Shown here: positions 59,803 through 64,000 of the stretch, piece after piece
Numbering within the stretch: the stretch's first letter is position 1
Layout of the letters: the number at the start of each line of letters is the position of its first letter
Source: Botryllus schlosseri
Taxonomy: Eukaryota
DNA: 64,000 bases
Direction of reading: 5' to 3'
Assembly: GCA_051294905.1 (NCBI GenBank)
Contig: CM119383.1
Location: 22,196,001-22,260,000, forward strand
Notes under the pieces: model-generated
Seen by the model: the letters and a program-made list of their open reading frames with translations, nothing else
Databases searched by the model: none
Told to the model about the DNA's origin: nothing
Program-made: the position numbers and the translations under genes

Positions 59803-62800
59803 CTACGAGAGCTTACTCCGACACAAGCCCCCAGTAGTTGCAGTTGAATGTAACGGCGTTGCCCGTATGTTCAATATACTACGAGAGGTGACACGAGCCT
59901 CCAGTAGTTGCAGTTGAATGTAACGGCGTTGCCCGTATGTTCAATATACTACGAGAGGTGACACGAGCCTCCAGTAGTTGCAGTTGAATGTAACGGCATC
60001 GCCCGTATGTTTTAATGTACTACGAGAGCTGACACGAGCCTCCAGTAGTTGCAGTTGAATGTAACGGCATCGCCCGTATGTTCATTGTACGAGATCTGAC
60101 ACGAGCCTCAAGTAGTTGCAGTTGAATGTAACGGCATTGCCTGTATGTTCAATGTACTACGAGAGCTGACACGAGCCTCCAGTAGTTGCAGTTGAATGTG
60201 ACGGCATTGCCCGTAAAGTATGTTCAATGTACTACGAGAGCTGACACGAGCCTCCAGTAGTTGCAGTTGAATGTAACGGCATTGCCAGTATGTTTAATGT
60301 ACTACGAGAGCTGACACGAGCCTCCAGTAGTTGCAGTTGAATGTGACGGCATCGCCTGTATGTTTATGTACTACGAGAGCTGACACAAGCCTCCAGTAGT
60401 TGCAGTTGAATGTAACGGCATCGCCCGTATGTTCATGTACTACGAGAGCTGACACGAGCCTCCAGTAGTTGCAGTTGAATGTAACGGCATCGCCCGTATG
60501 TTTATGTACCACGAGAGCTGACACGAGCCTCCAGTAGTTGCAGTTGAATGTGACGGCATCGCCCGTATGTTTATGTACTACGAGAGCTGACACAAGCCCC
60601 CAGTAGTTGCAGTTCACGGCATTGCCCGTAGGTTTAATAAACCACGAGAGCTGACACGAGCCTCCAGTAGTTGCAGTTGAATGTGACGGCATCGCCTGTA
60701 TGTTTATGTACTACGAGAGCTGACACAAGCCCCCAGTAGTTGCAGTTGAATGTAACGGCATTGCCCGTAAAGTATGTTCAATGTACTACGAGAGCTGACA
60801 CGAGCCTCCAGTAGTTGCAGTTGAATGTAACGGCATCGCCCGTATGTTTATGTACTACGAGAGCTGACACAAGCCTCCAGTAGTTGCAGTTGAATGTAAC
60901 GGCATCGCCCGTGTTTATGTACTACGAGAGCTGACACAAGCCCGCCCCCAGTAGTTGCAGTTGAATGTAACGGCATTGCCCGTAGGTTCAATTAACTACG
61001 AGAGCTGACACGAGCCTCCAGTAGTTGCAGTTGAATGTAACGGCATTGCCAGTATGTTCAATGTACTACGAGAGCTGACACGAGCCTCCAGTAGTTGCAG
61101 TTGAATGTAACGGCATCGCCCGTATGTTCATGTACTACGAGAGCTGACAAGCCCCCAGTAGTTGCAGTTCACGGCATTGCCCGTAGGTTTAATAAACCAC
61201 GAGAGCTGACACGAACCTCCAGTAGTTGCAGTTGAATGTAACGGCATTGCCAGTATGTTTAATGTACTACGAGAGCTGACACGAGCCTCCAGTAGTTGCA
61301 GTTGAATGTGACGGCATCGCCTGTATGTGGACGGCATCGCCTGTATGTTTATGTACTACGAGAGCTGACACAAGCCCCCAGTAGTTGCAGTTGAATGTAA
61401 CGGCATTGCCCGTAAAGTATGTTCAATGTACTACGAGAGCTGACACGAGCCTCCAGTAGTTGCAGTTGAATGTAACGGCATCGCCCGTATGTTTATGTAC
61501 TACGAGAGCTGACACGAGCCTCCAGTAGTTGCAGTTGAATGTAACGGCATCGCCCTAATGTTTATGTACTACGAGAGCTGACAAGCCCCCAGTAGTTGCA
61601 GTTCACGGCATTGCCCGTAGGTTTAATAAACCACGAGAGCTGACACAAGCCTCCAGTAGTTGCAGTTGAATGTAACGGCATCGCCCGTATGTTCATGTAC
61701 TACGAGAGCTGACACGAGCCTCCAGTAGTTGCAGTTGAATGTAACGGCATCGCCCGTATGTTTATGTACTACGAGAGCTGACACGAGCCTCCAGTAGTTG
61801 CAGTTGAATGTGACGGCATCGCCCGTATGTTTATGTACTACGAGAGCTGACACAAGCCCCCAGTAGTTGCAGTTCACGGCATTGCCCGTAGGTTTAATAA
61901 ACCACGAGAGCTGACACGAGCCTCCAGTAGTTGCAGTTGAATGTGACGGCATCGCCTGTATGTTTATGTACTACGAGAGCTGACACAAGCCCCCAGTAGT
62001 TGCAGTTGAATGTAACGGCATTGCCCGTAAAGTATGTTCAATGTACTACGAGAGCTGACACGAGCCTCCAGTAGTTGCAGTTGAATGTAACGGCATCGCC
62101 CGTATGTTTATGTACTACGAGAGCTGACACAAGCCTCCAGTAGTTGCAGTTGAATGTAACGGCATCGCCCGTGTTTATGTACTACGAGAGCTGACACAAG
62201 CCCGCCCCCAGTAGTTGCAGTTGAATGTAACGGCATTGCCCGTAGGTTCAATTAACTACGAGAGCTGACACGAGCCTCCAGTAGTTGCAGTTGAATGTAA
62301 CGGCATTGCCAGTATGTTCAATGTACTACGAGAGCTGACACGAGCCTCCAGTAGTTGCAGTTGAATGTAACGGCATCGCCCGTATGTTCATGTACTACGA
62401 GAGCTGACAAGCCCCCAGTAGTTGCAGTTCACGGCATTGCCCGTAGGTTTAATAAACCACGAGAGCTGACACGAACCTCCAGTAGTTGCAGTTGAATGTA
62501 ACGGCATTGCCAGTATGTTTAATGTACTACGAGAGCTGACACGAGCCTCCAGTAGTTGCAGTTGAATGTGACGGCATCGACTGTATGTTGACGGCATCGC
62601 CTGTATGTTTATGTACTACGAGAGCTGACACAAGCCCCCAGTAGTTGCAGTTGAATGTAACGGCATTGCCCGTAAAGTATGTTCAATGTACTACGAGAGC
62701 TGACACGAGCCTCCAGTAGTTGCAGTTGAATGTAACGGCATCGCCCTAATGTTTATGTACTACGAGAGCTGACAAGCCCCCAGTAGTTGCAGTTCACGGC

Positions 62801-64000
62801 ATTGCCCGTAGGTTTAATAAACCACGAGAGCTGACACGAACCTCCAGTAGTTGCAGTTGAATGTAACGGCATTGCCAGTATGTTTAATGTACTACGAGAG
62901 CTGACACAAGCCCCCAGTAGTTGCAGTTGAATGTAACGGCATTGCCGTAGGTTCAATTAACTACGACAGCTGACACGAGCCTCCAGTAGTTGCAGTTGAA
63001 TGTAACGGCATTGCCAGTATGTTCAATGTACTACGAGAACTGACACAATCCCCCAGCACCCAGTAGTTGCAGTTGAATGTAACGGCATTGCCCGTATGTT
63101 CAATGTACTACGGCAGCTGACACGATCCTCCAGTAGTTGCAGTTAAATGTAATGGCATCGCCCGTATGTTCATTGTACTACGAGATCTGACACGAGCCTC
63201 AAGTAGTTGCAGTTGAATGTAACGGCATTGCCTGTATGTTCAATGTACTACGAGAGCTGACACGAGCCCCTAGTTGTTGCAGTTGAATGTAACGGCATCG
63301 CCCGTATGTTCATTGTACTACGAGATCTGACACGAGCCTCAAGTAGTTGCAGTTGAATGTAACGGCATTGCCTGTATGTTCAATGTACTACGAGAGCTGA
63401 CACGAGCCCCCAGTAGTTGCAGTTGAATGTAACGGCATCGCCCGTATGTTTATGTACTACGAGAGCTGACACAAGCCCCCAGTAGTTGCAGTTGAATGTA
63501 ACGGCATTGCCGTAGGTTCAATTAACTACGAGAGCTGACACGAGCCTCCAGTAGTTGCAGTTGAATGTAACGGCATTGCCGTAGGTTCAATTAACTACGA
63601 GAGCTGACACGAGCCCCCAGTAGTTGCAGTTGAATGTAACGGCATCGCCTGTATGTTTATGTACTACGAGAGCTGACACAAGCCCCCAGTAGTTGCAGTT
63701 GAATGTAACGGCATTGCCCGTAAAGTATGTTCAATGTACTACGAGAGCTGACACGAGCCTCCAGTAGTTGCAGTTGAATGTAACGGCATCGCCCGTATGT
63801 TTATGTACTACGAGAGCTGACACAAGCCTCCAGTAGTTGCAGTTGAATGTAACGGCATCGCCCGTGTTTATGTACTACGAGAGCTGACACAAGCCCGCCC
63901 CCAGTAGTTGCAGTTGAATGTAACGGCATTGCCCGTAGGTTCAATTAACTACGAGAGCTGACACGAGCCTCCAGTAGTTGCAGTTGAATGTAACGGCATT
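59803..64000. repeat. 70-bp satellite array 2 (runs off the window end), with higher-order repeats
   Basis: Same unit as array 1; variant blocks recur at 1260-bp spacing (60901 vs 62161). Confidence 0.95.

Noticed and set aside
60294-62956. Minus-strand repetitive ORFs (also 12502-12693)
   Set aside because: By-products of the 70-bp repeat; no coding signal.
1-64000. Prokaryotic or phage origin of the compact gene cluster
   Set aside because: Spliceosomal introns, poly-Lys NLS-like tails, eukaryotic 28S and metazoan retroelements indicate animal nuclear DNA.

Overview
Repeat-dense animal (invertebrate-like) nuclear DNA; the host cannot be named from sequence alone. The main system is a multi-gene Helitron-like rolling-circle element. 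It carries a spliced HUH-Rep/PIF1-helicase gene (44969-48692, four 56-63 bp introns, about 1161 aa) in a co-oriented cluster of unrecognised genes: A, B, C1, D, C2, RepHel, C3. The cluster occurs twice: 1-7915 (RepHel deleted after its 5' end) and about 38385-50041 (RepHel intact). Much older decayed relatives lie at about 14880-15690 and 58315-59450, flanking a 70-bp satellite. Nearly every gene is preceded by an apparently unpaired splice acceptor, suggesting operon-like or shared-leader expression. Also present: a BEL/Pao LTR retrotransposon (15765-28544, AGGGA target-site duplication) with a nested Tx1/L1-type LINE; an orphan 5'-truncated R2 element joined to 28S rDNA exactly at the R2 target site; hAT-type non-autonomous elements with 8-bp TSDs; a 129-bp tandem array; and two 70-bp satellite arrays with higher-order structure. 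Letter names (A-D) are mine; all alignments were done by eye.
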